A DNA stretch of 14,322 bases, taken from Chlamydiales bacterium. Lineage in GTDB: Bacteria > Chlamydiota > Chlamydiia > Chlamydiales > JBDQID01. The DNA lies in NCBI GenBank assembly GCA_047611865.1, contig JBLFWS010000082.1, positions 1 through 14,322 of the forward strand, given 5' to 3'. Shown piece after piece: positions 1 through 8,459 of the stretch. Every line of letters begins with the position of its first letter. The stretch's first letter is position 1. The position numbers and the translations under genes were made by a program. Below the pieces are notes generated by a model. The model did no database searches. It saw only the letters and a list, made by a program, of their open reading frames with translations, and was not told the origin of the DNA.

Positions 1-1694
1 TGCCATGACAAACGTAATAAGGCCATTGCAGCCTGAGCATTCCCATTTGGCAGAACACTATCTTTTCCATCTCTATAACGAAGATATAGTTCTTCATGGT
101 CTTTAGAAGTACTATAAAATGATCCACTTTCCTCATCGTAAAAATATTTAATTAATACTTCTGAGAGTTTCAAAGCCTCATCTAAATACTTCTCTTCTGC
201 CCCTGATTCGTACAAATCTATCAAAGATTGAACAAAAAAAGCATGGTCTTCTAAGAATCCATGAATATGAGCTTTACCTTCACGATACGTTCTCCAAAGT
301 CTACCGTCATTTCGAATCATCTTTGTCAGAAGAAAATCTGAAGCCTTTTTTGCTGCATCGAAATACCGCTGATCGTTAAGCACGCGAAACGCATCGGCCA
401 TAGCACTTATCATCAATGCATTCCAAGCAGTAAGGATTTTATCATCTTTCCCTGGATTGCAACGCTTAAGTCTCTCTTGATAAAGTTTCCCCTTAGATTC
501 TTGAAGAATTTTCTTAAGTTGTTCTACACTTATATCCAACCCACCAGCTACCTCCTCAATTGAACGAGGAGTATTCAAAATGCTTTTACCCTCCCAATTT
601 CCCTGAGGGGTGACGTCAAAATACTTACAAACAACTTCTGCATTTTCACGGTTCAGTAGGGATTGAATTTCTTCTGGTGTCCAAACGTAAAACTTTCCTT
701 CCTCACCCTCAGAGTCCGCATCCTGGGCAGAGTAAAATCCTCCCTCAGGAGATGTCATCTCTCTTAAAACATATTCCAGGGTTTCTTCGGCAACCTGTCG
801 ATATTTTTCATCCTTGCTTACTTGAAAAGCCTCCAGGTAAACTTTAATCAAAAGCGCGTTGTCATAAAGCATCTTCTCAAAATGCGGTACCAACCAAGCA
901 TCATCTGTAGAATACCTTGAAAAGCCACCCCCTAAATGGTCATAAATCCCTCCATCTTTCATTCCATCCAATGTTCTCCTTGCCATTGCCAAAGAGTGTG
1001 GATCTCCATCATTATGGTATTGTCTAAATAGGAAAGAAATCGTTCCACTTGGTGGAAATTTCGGAGCCTGTCCAAAGCCACCAAATTTTCCATCGAAATC
1101 ATTTGAAATATTGCTGATAGCTAACTCTGTCGCTTGTAGTCCAATGGGGGATGAGGTATTTTCTTCGAATGATTTTTGAAGTTCAGACGCCAAATGACCC
1201 GCGTGATCATTGAACGTTTGATTTTCTTTTTTCCATGAATCTGAAATCTGATTCAGGATACTCTTAAATCCAGGACTATCATAATTATCTACAGGCGGAA
1301 AATAGGTTCCTGCATAAAAGGGCTTTTGATCAGGTGTCAAAAAAACGGTCATTGGCCACCCACCGTGTCCATTATTTATGTACTGGGTAGCAATCATGTA
1401 GATTTCATCTAAGTCAGGGCGCTCCTCCCTATCAACTTTTATGCAAACATAATTTTCATTCATTGCCTCAGCAATACTTTCATTTTCAAAAGACTCGTGC
1501 TCCATAACGTGACACCAATGACACGCTGAATATCCAATACTGAGTAAAATGGGTTTATTCTCGGACCTTGCCCTTGTGAGGGCTTCTTCACCCCAAGGGT
1601 ACCATTCAACAGGATTGTGTGCGTGTTGGAGCAGGTAAGGACTAGTCTCATGAATTAATCGATTAGTGAACTTTTGCTTAGTTTTTTGCGACAT
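1..1694 (-). CDS. yyaL: Thioredoxin domain-containing protein, YyaL/SPATA20 (DUF255) family; 3' end runs off the window
   Basis: Manual translation from ATG at 1694 (AGGGA upstream): [39 protein letters not shown]...[24 protein letters not shown]...[13 protein letters not shown]...[11 protein letters not shown]; later [11 protein letters not shown] and [13 protein letters not shown] motifs. The same frame still reads [20 protein letters not shown] at the window edge. Missing from the ORF track because it has no stop in the window. Confidence 0.95.
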   Translation of the reverse strand, partial: MSQKTKQKFTNRLIHETSPYLLQHAHNPVEWYPWGEEALTRARSENKPILLSIGYSACHWCHVMEHESFENESIAEAMNENYVCIKVDREERPDLDEIYMIATQYINNGHGGWPMTVFLTPDQKPFYAGTYFPPVDNYDSPGFKSILNQISDSWKKENQTFNDHAGHLASELQKSFEENTSSPIGLQATELAISNISNDFDGKFGGFGQAPKFPPSGTISFLFRQYHNDGDPHSLAMARRTLDGMKDGGIYDHLGGGFSRYSTDDAWLVPHFEKMLYDNALLIKVYLEAFQVSKDEKYRQVAEETLEYVLREMTSPEGGFYSAQDADSEGEEGKFYVWTPEEIQSLLNRENAEVVCKYFDVTPQGNWEGKSILNTPRSIEEVAGGLDISVEQLKKILQESKGKLYQERLKRCNPGKDDKILTAWNALMISAMADAFRVLNDQRYFDAAKKASDFLLTKMIRNDGRLWRTYREGKAHIHGFLEDHAFFVQSLIDLYESGAEEKYLDEALKLSEVLIKYFYDEESGSFYSTSKDHEELYLRYRDGKDSVLPNGNAQAAMALLRLSW

Positions 1695-1873
1695 CGTTCA
1701 ATCCCTATTAGGAACGGCAATTGCCAATAGATTTATAAATTTGTATGAAATAATAAGATTACTTAGAAAAATTATAAATTGAAACCAGAAGTCAAGTTAT
1801 CACTTTTGGTAAAACCATTAGTCTTCCCAATAAAAGCCCCTTCCGCCTTTACCATTGTCTACAGATAGGGGCG

Positions 1874-1932
1874 TTGTTGCATAAATAACCACTGAGCCAC
1901 TGAGATCAGTGAGAAAGAATGAGAAAATTGAG
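1874..1932. repeat. Left arm of the inverted repeat flanking the GxxExxY gene (core 1888-1915)
   Basis: Core ACCACTGAGCCACTGAGATCAGTGAGAA (1888-1915) matches the reverse complement of 2301-2328 at 27/28. The outer TTGTTGC (1874-1880) matches the reverse complement of 2339-2345. Contains periodic TGAG units and the palindrome CACTGA-GA-TCAGTG. Confidence 0.9.
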
Positions 1933-1939
1933 GAACATT

Positions 1940-2283
1940 TTATACGATTAGCCGTCGGAGTCCATGCTTCAACAATTTTACGTTAAAATTTATCAACAAG
2001 CCTCTGCCTCCACCCATCTGTTTTAGGTAGGATAGGAGCTTTGCTTCATCAACTGGTAAAAGCTCCGAAACAGCTTTGATTTCAACAATCACCTGATCCT
2101 CAACGACCAAATCCAATCGATATCCAGCATCTAACTTAATACCTTTGTATGAAATAGGAATGACTTTTTGCCTTTCTACTTTCAGAGTATTCTAAGAAAG
2201 CTCATAACACAAAAAAGTTTCATAGCCAGATTCTAATAACTCTGGACCAAGCTCTCGATGAACCTGAATAGCTGCATGATCAT
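1940..2283 (-). pseudogene. GxxExxY family protein (PD-(D/E)XK nuclease fold, PDDEXK_3), pseudogene
   Basis: Minus frame reads [111 protein letters not shown] (TAA 1940-1942). In-frame TAG at 2192-2194. No in-frame start: there is a TGA at 2285-2287 and the nearest ATG (2281-2283) is one base out of frame. The motif Gly appears replaced (GPELLESGY vs typical GPGLLESxY). Confidence 0.9.
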
Positions 2284-2345
2284 CTCACTATCTCATACCC
2301 TTCTCACTGATCTCAGTGGCTCCGTGGTGATGAATTGCGCAACAA
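2284..2345. repeat. Right arm of the inverted repeat flanking the GxxExxY gene (core 2301-2328)
   Basis: Reverse complement reads TTGTTGC-GCAATTCATC-ACCACGGAG-CCACTGAG-ATCAGTGAG-AAGGGTATGAG-ATAGTGAG, parallel to the left arm TTGTTGC-ATAAATA-ACCACTGAG-CCACTGAG-ATCAGTGAG-AAAGAATGAG-AAAATTGAG. Confidence 0.9.
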
Positions 2346-2447
2346 ATCCTTGTTGAGATTAGAATGGATTTACCCAACAATACCCCCACAAACTAAAATC
2401 AAAAGCGAATTTCCGAAAAGTTTGAGTCTCTGATTTGAAAATACTAT

Positions 2448-2960
2448 CTAAGCTTCTTCCTCATTCAGGTATTTGTAAACGAAAGCTGAAATTGCACCAC
2501 CAGAAAACGGACCCACTAGATAAATCCAAGAAATGGAAAGATAGATCCCCCCATCAAAGTATCATAAAGTATTGATCCACAAGCTACAGCAGGATTAAAC
2601 GCTCCAGCAGAAAGCGGCCCTCCAACAAAGGTTATCGCTGCAAACGAAGCTCCAATAGCTATTCCATAAATATGGTTACCCTTAAGCGCATCACTTGTAG
2701 CCACAGCTAAAACAACTGAGCAAAGGACAAAAGTAAACAAAGCCTCCACAAAAACAGCCTTCCATACTGAAATTTCTTCAGAAACCTCAGGAAAAAATGT
2801 ATCCGTCGTAAAACATTGATAAATAGCAGCTGCTACAAAAGCTCCCAAAATTGAGAAAACATATATGCAGGAACAAGTTTTTTTTCCAACTTTCCCGTTA
2901 GACTTACTGCAAGAACGAGAAAAAGGGTCCCCAAAATTCCATTAAATATTGTTTAATAAC
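2448..2960 (-). pseudogene. Aquaporin / MIP family channel pseudogene
   Basis: Reconstructed across frameshifts: KQYLMEF/(L)GTLFLVLAVSLTG-KLEKKLVPAYMFSQF/(L)GAFVAAAIY...VEALFTFVLCSVVLAVAT...GGPLSAGAFNPAVACG.../ISWIYLVGPFSGGAISAFVYKYLNEEEA* (TAG 2448-2450). Frameshifts near 2935, 2849 and ~2535-2545. Only the second NPA motif is present. The 5' end is approximate. Confidence 0.88.
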
Positions 2961-3092
2961 ACGCTCACTTAAAAATTTTCAGCTTCGTCACAATCTACTT
3001 TCCCTTAAAATTTTTAAAAGCCAAAAAAAGAATAGTATGTGAAAAATCCAGCCATACAAAAAAAATTCTCTTTGTGTCACTAAAATGTTTAA

Positions 3093-3117
3093 TGACCTAA
3101 ATTGATCAATTGTGTCA
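3093..3117. promoter_or_regulatory. Palindromic candidate operator upstream of the fad operon
   Basis: Perfect 12-bp palindrome AATTGATCAATT (3100-3111) nested in TGAC...GTCA (3093-3117), ~120 bp upstream of the fadD start. AT-rich, so it may be chance. Confidence 0.25.
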
Positions 3118-3229
3118 AACCTAGTTTTCTAGAATTTTAGATTATTAATATGAAAACATAAATTCAAGTGGTCTGGAAATTAGATCGGGCACCGTATGAA
3201 TTTTAAAACTGAGACCGGAGAAAAAGTAG

Positions 3230-5008
3230 ATGGAGCAGTACACCACTCTACCTAGAATGATTCGCTATGTACTCAATACTTACCGTAACTCTTCAGCTTT
3301 CAGTTATCGTGAAGGTGGCGAGTGGAGACATATATCAACAGAAGCATTTCTTGAGAAAATCCGCCGCTTAAGCCTGGGACTAAAAAAACTGGGCATAAAA
3401 AAAGGCGATTGCGTCGGAATAATGGCGAAACCATCACCCTATTGGCTTATCATAGATTTGGCCGTTATAATTGCTGGAGGTGTATCGGTCCCTCTATTCC
3501 CCTTTGTTTCCAAAAAGAACTTTGAATACCAAGTTAATGACTCCAACATGAAGTACCTTTTTATCGTTGGACAAGAATTATGGTCTACATACTCAGAATT
3601 CAGACATCTTTTCCAGAAAGTCATTACTCTTGATGTTCCTGAAGAAGAGAAAAGCGATCTCATAGATATGAGACACGTAATGATTATAGGGGATAAGGCC
3701 TCATCAGAAGACCCTTCTTTGTATATTAACATGAGTACCGAAGTTAAAGAAAACGATTTAGCAACAGTCATTTACACTAGCGGCAGTACAGGTCAACCCA
3801 AAGGCGTCGAGCTAACACACAAAAATTTCATTGCACAAACAAAAGCAGGTCAAATTCGGCTTCCTCTAGACCCAAGAACAGATCGGGCTCTAAGTTGTTT
3901 ACCATTAGCCCACATCTTTGAAAGAAGCCTTATGTATTTTTACATAAGTTCTGGGGTAAGCGTCTTTTTTGTGGACGATATCAAAAATGTCGCCGAAATA
4001 GCTCGTGAAGTAAAGCCCACTGTAGGAGCCATGGTCCCTCGGCTAATAGAAAAAATATATGCTAAAATGGAAGCATCAATTGATAATTCCCCCCCATTAA
4101 AAAAAACTCTCGGAAAGTGGGCGATCAGACTAGCCAATATTTCATCTCCAAATAGCTTTGAACGCTTACAAGCCCGCTTTGCTGAAAAACTGGTATATTC
4201 CAAACTTCGTAGAGCCTTGGGTGGTAACTTTAGAGCAGTCTTACTCGGTGGAGCCTCATTAAACCCACAACTTTGCCAGTTTTTTCTCAATATAGGAGTT
4301 CCCCTCTACCAAGGATATGGCCTTACGGAGACATCTCCAGTAATTACCATGAACTTCCCTGGAAACAATAAAGTGGGTACTGTAGGCCTGGCTTTTCCTG
4401 AAGTCGATCTAGCTTTGACAGAAGACGGAGAGATCATCACACGAGGCCCAAGCGTCATGCGTGGCTACCACAATAATAAAGAAGCCACAAGCATATCAAT
4501 TGATGCTGAGGGTTGGTTTCATACTGGTGATAAAGGCACAATCGATGAGGAGGGTTACCTGAAGGTCACCGGAAGAGTTAAAGAAATCTTCAAGACATCC
4601 AACGGAAAAATGGTATCTCCTGTACCTATCGAACAAGATCTATGCATGTCTCACCTTGTTGACATGGCAATGATCATCGCCGAAGGCAGAAAGTTTGTTT
4701 CCGTCCTATTATTTCCTGACTTCGACATCCTTAACAAGATGAAAATTGAAAACGAGGGAACTCATTTTACAGATGATGAGTTTCTTGATAGTGACTTTGT
4801 CAGAAATGAAATGGTCCACATACTCAACGATGTAAATGATAAACTTAATCGTTGGGAAAAAATCAGGCAATACCGCTTTGTAACTAGTAAAATTTCCGTC
4901 GAAAGTGGAGAGCTTACGCCAACACTTAAAATGAGACGTAATAAAATCGAAGACGAATTTAGCAACATAATTGAAAGCATGTACCAAGATGTAGGGGAAA
5001 AAGTATGA
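3230..5008 (+). CDS. fadD: Long-chain fatty acid--CoA ligase (AMP-dependent synthetase)
   Basis: 592 aa. AMP-binding motif IYTSGSTGQPKGVELTH, QGYGLTETSP, GWFHTGDKG, C-terminal ELTPTLKMRR. GGAG RBS at 3217-3220. Confidence 0.95.
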   Translation: MEQYTTLPRMIRYVLNTYRNSSAFSYREGGEWRHISTEAFLEKIRRLSLGLKKLGIKKGDCVGIMAKPSPYWLIIDLAVIIAGGVSVPLFPFVSKKNFEYQVNDSNMKYLFIVGQELWSTYSEFRHLFQKVITLDVPEEEKSDLIDMRHVMIIGDKASSEDPSLYINMSTEVKENDLATVIYTSGSTGQPKGVELTHKNFIAQTKAGQIRLPLDPRTDRALSCLPLAHIFERSLMYFYISSGVSVFFVDDIKNVAEIAREVKPTVGAMVPRLIEKIYAKMEASIDNSPPLKKTLGKWAIRLANISSPNSFERLQARFAEKLVYSKLRRALGGNFRAVLLGGASLNPQLCQFFLNIGVPLYQGYGLTETSPVITMNFPGNNKVGTVGLAFPEVDLALTEDGEIITRGPSVMRGYHNNKEATSISIDAEGWFHTGDKGTIDEEGYLKVTGRVKEIFKTSNGKMVSPVPIEQDLCMSHLVDMAMIIAEGRKFVSVLLFPDFDILNKMKIENEGTHFTDDEFLDSDFVRNEMVHILNDVNDKLNRWEKIRQYRFVTSKISVESGELTPTLKMRRNKIEDEFSNIIESMYQDVGEKV

Positions 5009-6294
5009 AAGAACGAATTGCCATAATTGACGGCATACGGACTCCATTTTGCAAAGCTGGCGGCGTACTCAAAGAAACGTCGTCCGATGATCTCGGTGCA
5101 TATGTAGTAAAAGAATTAATGATCCGTACCGCTTTTCCAAAAGAGAAAATTGATGAATTAATCTTTGGTTGTGTGGGTCAGCCAGTTGATGCTACTAACG
5201 TTGCCAGAGTACTAGCCCTAAAAGCTGGATTACCAATTAGTCTCCCAGCATGTACTGTTCAACGCAACTGCGCATCCGGTATGGAAGCCCTCACTTCTGC
5301 TGCAAACCAAATCCTTGCAGGACAAGCTGAAGTGATTCTTGCTGGAGCTACGGAAGCCATGAGCCAAATTCCTCTTTTGTACAACAAAAAGATGACGGCA
5401 ATGTTCACTCGTCTTGCGAAAGCAAAAACTGTCGGGGAAAAGCTCTCGGCCCTAGCTTCTTTTAGACCTTCTTTTTTAAAGCCTATCATTGGCCTCGAAG
5501 CAGGCCTCACTGACCCCATATGTGGAATGATAATGGGCTTAACAGCGGAAATTCTTTCCAGAGAGTTTAAGATCGGAAGAGATGAACAGGATGAATTCGC
5601 TCTTAACAGTCATAAAAAAGCCGCAAATGCTATGAAAAAAGGATATCTCGCAGAAGAGATCATTCCTATTCCCGTGGCTCCTCGGTTTTCTCAACTTCAA
5701 ACAGAAGATGATGGTCCTCGGAAAGATCAGACCTTAGAAGCTCTTGGAAAACTTAAACCATACTTTGACAGGGTTGCCGGCTCTGTGACAGTTGGGAATT
5801 CCTGCCAGATCACTGATGGAGCCTGCGCTACCCTGCTTATGACAGAGAGTAAAGCCAAGGAAATGGGATATACTCCTATCGGATATTTACGAGAATATGC
5901 TTACGCAGCTTTAGAACCAGACAGAATGGGTCTGGGCCCTGTATATGCAACAGCCAAACTTTTCGAAAGAACAGGCCTGTCCGTGAGTGATTTTGACCTC
6001 TTTGAAATGAACGAAGCATTTGCTGTCCAGGTTATTGCCAACCAACGGGCCTTTGCTTCTGATGAATTCTCCAAAAAGTATCTAGGTCGTGAAAAAGCAC
6101 TTGGTAAAATTGACCCTGAAAAACTCAATGTCAATGGCGGAGCGATCGCCTTGGGCCATCCTGTTGGAGCTACCGGAACACGCCTAGTGATTACGTTGCT
6201 AAAAGAACTTAAAAGAAGAAAGAAAAATCTTGGCCTAGCCTCCCTATGTGTAGGTGGTGGTCAGGGAGCTGCATTAGCATTGGAAGTGGAATAA
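5005..6294 (+). CDS. fadI: 3-ketoacyl-CoA thiolase (acetyl-CoA C-acyltransferase), FadI-like
   Basis: 429 aa. IIDGIRTPF N-terminus, catalytic NCASG, NEAFA, GGAIALGHPVGATG and CVGGGQG. ATGA overlap with the upstream ligase. Confidence 0.93.
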   Translation: MKERIAIIDGIRTPFCKAGGVLKETSSDDLGAYVVKELMIRTAFPKEKIDELIFGCVGQPVDATNVARVLALKAGLPISLPACTVQRNCASGMEALTSAANQILAGQAEVILAGATEAMSQIPLLYNKKMTAMFTRLAKAKTVGEKLSALASFRPSFLKPIIGLEAGLTDPICGMIMGLTAEILSREFKIGRDEQDEFALNSHKKAANAMKKGYLAEEIIPIPVAPRFSQLQTEDDGPRKDQTLEALGKLKPYFDRVAGSVTVGNSCQITDGACATLLMTESKAKEMGYTPIGYLREYAYAALEPDRMGLGPVYATAKLFERTGLSVSDFDLFEMNEAFAVQVIANQRAFASDEFSKKYLGREKALGKIDPEKLNVNGGAIALGHPVGATGTRLVITLLKELKRRKKNLGLASLCVGGGQGAALALEVE

Positions 6295-8456
6295 TGGATA
6301 AAGCATTTCAGTTAAAGATTGATTCCGAAGGAATAGGAAGGCTGACCTTTGATCTTCCTAGAGAGAAAGTAAACAAACTTTCCGCACCCGTTATGGAAGA
6401 ACTTTCCTCCATAATAGATGACCTTGCCGTGGACTCTTCGGTAAAGGCCCTTATTTTGGATAGCGGTAAAGACGGGGTTTTTATTGCCGGGGCAGATATC
6501 AAGGAAATTGACAGCATTAAAACTCGTAGAGATGCATTGGATAAAGTTGAAGGAGGTCATAATATCCTTCGCAGGTTAGCCAACCTTCCTTTCCCCACAA
6601 TCGCTTTGATAGACGGAATCTGTCTTGGAGGAGGAATGGAGCTGGCGCTTGCCTGTACTTACAGGCTTGTCACCGATCATCCAAAGACCAATCTGGGGCT
6701 TCCAGAGGTGTCATTAGGCGTCTTACCGGGATGGGGTGGCACTCAACGCTTACCTCGACTTGTCGGATTGGCAGAAGGGCTTAAAATGATCCTCTCAGGT
6801 AAGTCTATTGATGCAAGAAAAGCCTGGAAAATCAAGCTTGCCGACGGCATTTTCGCCTCCGAATTCAAAGAAGTAGAAACTAATAAATTTATCCAGGCCT
6901 GCTTAGATCCAAAAGGAAAAAAGTCTATCTTAGAAAGACGAGAACGCCCTGGACTCTTCCCCTACCTCATGGAAAAAAATTCTCTTGGTCGCTTCCTGGT
7001 TTTCAAAAAAGCAAAAGATGACCTCATGAAAAAAACTCATGGTCACTATCCAGCCCCTCTTTCTGCTTTAGAAGTCGTAAAAGAAACTTTTGCTGCAGAT
7101 CTTGAAATCGGTATGGAAAAAGAAAGAAACGCCTTTGCTACACTTGCCTGTAGCAAAGTAAGCAAGAATCTCATAACCCTTTTCTATACAAGCCAGGATC
7201 TCAAAAAAGACCCAGGCTCAAGCGTCGAAGTTTCATCCAACGGAGTCAGCAATACAGGTGTACTCGGTGCTGGAATTATGGGAGGCGGTATCGCGTGGTT
7301 GATGAGTAACCGCGATATCAATGTCAGAGTAAAAGATATCGTTTGGGACGGAATTGCCAAAGGATACGAACAAGCTCACAATTATTATGCACAGCTTGTG
7401 AAAATTCGAAAACTTAAGCCATCTCAAGCCAACCTCAAGATGCATAAAATTAGTGGAACAATCGATTTCTCCGGATTCAAGGACCTCGATCTAGTGGTTG
7501 AAGCTATCGTAGAAGATATGAATATCAAGAAAAAGGCTTTGTCAGAACTTGAGGATCATGTCACACCTGAAACTATGATCTGTAGCAATACTTCATCTCT
7601 CTCTATCACAGAGATGTGTTCTGAAATGAAGCACCCTGAACGCTTCGTTGGAATGCATTTTTTCAATCCAGTAAACCGTATGCCACTGGTAGAAATTATA
7701 CCCGGTGAAAAGACAAACCCCGAAATAGTAGCAAGAGCTGTCGCCTTCGCCAAAAGACTGGGTAAAACACCCGTTGTTGTAGCTAATTCTCCCGGTTTTC
7801 TAGTGAACAGAGTTCTACTTCCATACGTCAATGAAGCCATACTGATGCTGGAAGAAGGCATTGATCTCGAACGAATCGATAAGGTCATTTTAGACTTCGG
7901 GATGCCCATGGGTCCTCTACACCTTGCGGATGAAGTGGGACTTGATGTTGCCTATAAAGTTGCCCATGTTCTTGAAGAAGCTTTCGGAAAGCGAATGAAA
8001 GTGGCCGACCTTACCAAGACCCTTCATGAGCGGCAGTTATATGGGAAAAAGGGAGGCAAAGGTTTCTATATATACAAAGGCAAGGAATCTTCTCCAAACC
8101 CCGAGATTGCTAAAATTGTTACCACTCCCAAAGTAGGCAACACCCTAATTGACGATAAAACTATAGTCGACAGAGCTATTCACATGATGATCAACGAAGC
8201 TGCTCTATGTCTAGAGGAAAGAATCATAGAAAAACCCGAATATCTGGACATGACTATGATCATGGGTACAGGTTTCCCTGCCTTCAGAGGAGGTCTACTA
8301 CGCCATGCTGATGATCTGGGAATTACTAATGTTGTCAACAAGCTAAAGCAACTATCCATGGAATATGGTAAGCGCTTTACACCTTGCGAGCTTCTGAAAA
8401 ACATGAGCCGAGACGACAAAACTTTTTATTCATATCCTGATGAAAGCGAGAAGTAA
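6294..8456 (+). CDS. fadJ: Fatty acid oxidation complex alpha subunit (enoyl-CoA hydratase / 3-hydroxyacyl-CoA dehydrogenase), FadJ-like
   Basis: Crotonase motifs FIAGADI, CLGGGMELALAC and GLPEVSLGVLPGWGGTQRLPRLVG; dehydrogenase motifs GVLGAGIMGGGIA, EAIVED, SNTSSL and GMHFFNPV. Start moved from 6246 to the ATG at 6294, which overlaps the thiolase stop (TAATG), giving MDKAF... Confidence 0.94.
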   Translation: MDKAFQLKIDSEGIGRLTFDLPREKVNKLSAPVMEELSSIIDDLAVDSSVKALILDSGKDGVFIAGADIKEIDSIKTRRDALDKVEGGHNILRRLANLPFPTIALIDGICLGGGMELALACTYRLVTDHPKTNLGLPEVSLGVLPGWGGTQRLPRLVGLAEGLKMILSGKSIDARKAWKIKLADGIFASEFKEVETNKFIQACLDPKGKKSILERRERPGLFPYLMEKNSLGRFLVFKKAKDDLMKKTHGHYPAPLSALEVVKETFAADLEIGMEKERNAFATLACSKVSKNLITLFYTSQDLKKDPGSSVEVSSNGVSNTGVLGAGIMGGGIAWLMSNRDINVRVKDIVWDGIAKGYEQAHNYYAQLVKIRKLKPSQANLKMHKISGTIDFSGFKDLDLVVEAIVEDMNIKKKALSELEDHVTPETMICSNTSSLSITEMCSEMKHPERFVGMHFFNPVNRMPLVEIIPGEKTNPEIVARAVAFAKRLGKTPVVVANSPGFLVNRVLLPYVNEAILMLEEGIDLERIDKVILDFGMPMGPLHLADEVGLDVAYKVAHVLEEAFGKRMKVADLTKTLHERQLYGKKGGKGFYIYKGKESSPNPEIAKIVTTPKVGNTLIDDKTIVDRAIHMMINEAALCLEERIIEKPEYLDMTMIMGTGFPAFRGGLLRHADDLGITNVVNKLKQLSMEYGKRFTPCELLKNMSRDDKTFYSYPDESEK

Positions 8457-8459
8457 GTA

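Noticed and set aside
1460..1651. 63-aa minus-strand ORF in the track
   Set aside because: Alternative frame inside the YyaL-family gene (1-1694).
1771..1795. TTGACT...TATAAT on the minus strand as the yyaL promoter
   Set aside because: The spacer is only 13 nt, outside the usual 16-18 nt range.
1836..1872. GCCCCT...AGGGGC stem followed by TTTT on the minus strand as a terminator
   Set aside because: A 6-bp stem with a 25-nt loop is too weak to call.
2192..2194. In-frame TAG in GxxExxY as recoding (amber read-through or alternative genetic code)
   Set aside because: TAG ends ordinary genes here (11528-11530, 11565-11567), and the same gene has other independent lesions. A nonsense mutation is simpler.
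1888..2328. 28-bp repeats as a CRISPR array
   Set aside because: Only two copies, in inverted orientation, separated by a coding remnant. No spacers and no cas genes.
2516..2848. 110-aa ORF as a stand-alone small membrane protein
   Set aside because: It is the middle fragment of the frameshifted aquaporin pseudogene.
3168..3180. GTGGTCTGG as a GntR-type FadR box
   Set aside because: Only a half-site resemblance, with no palindromic partner.
6246..6293. Extended FadJ N-terminus MCRWWSGS...
   Set aside because: Overlaps the thiolase active-site codons. The TAATG-coupled ATG at 6294 gives a normal N-terminus.
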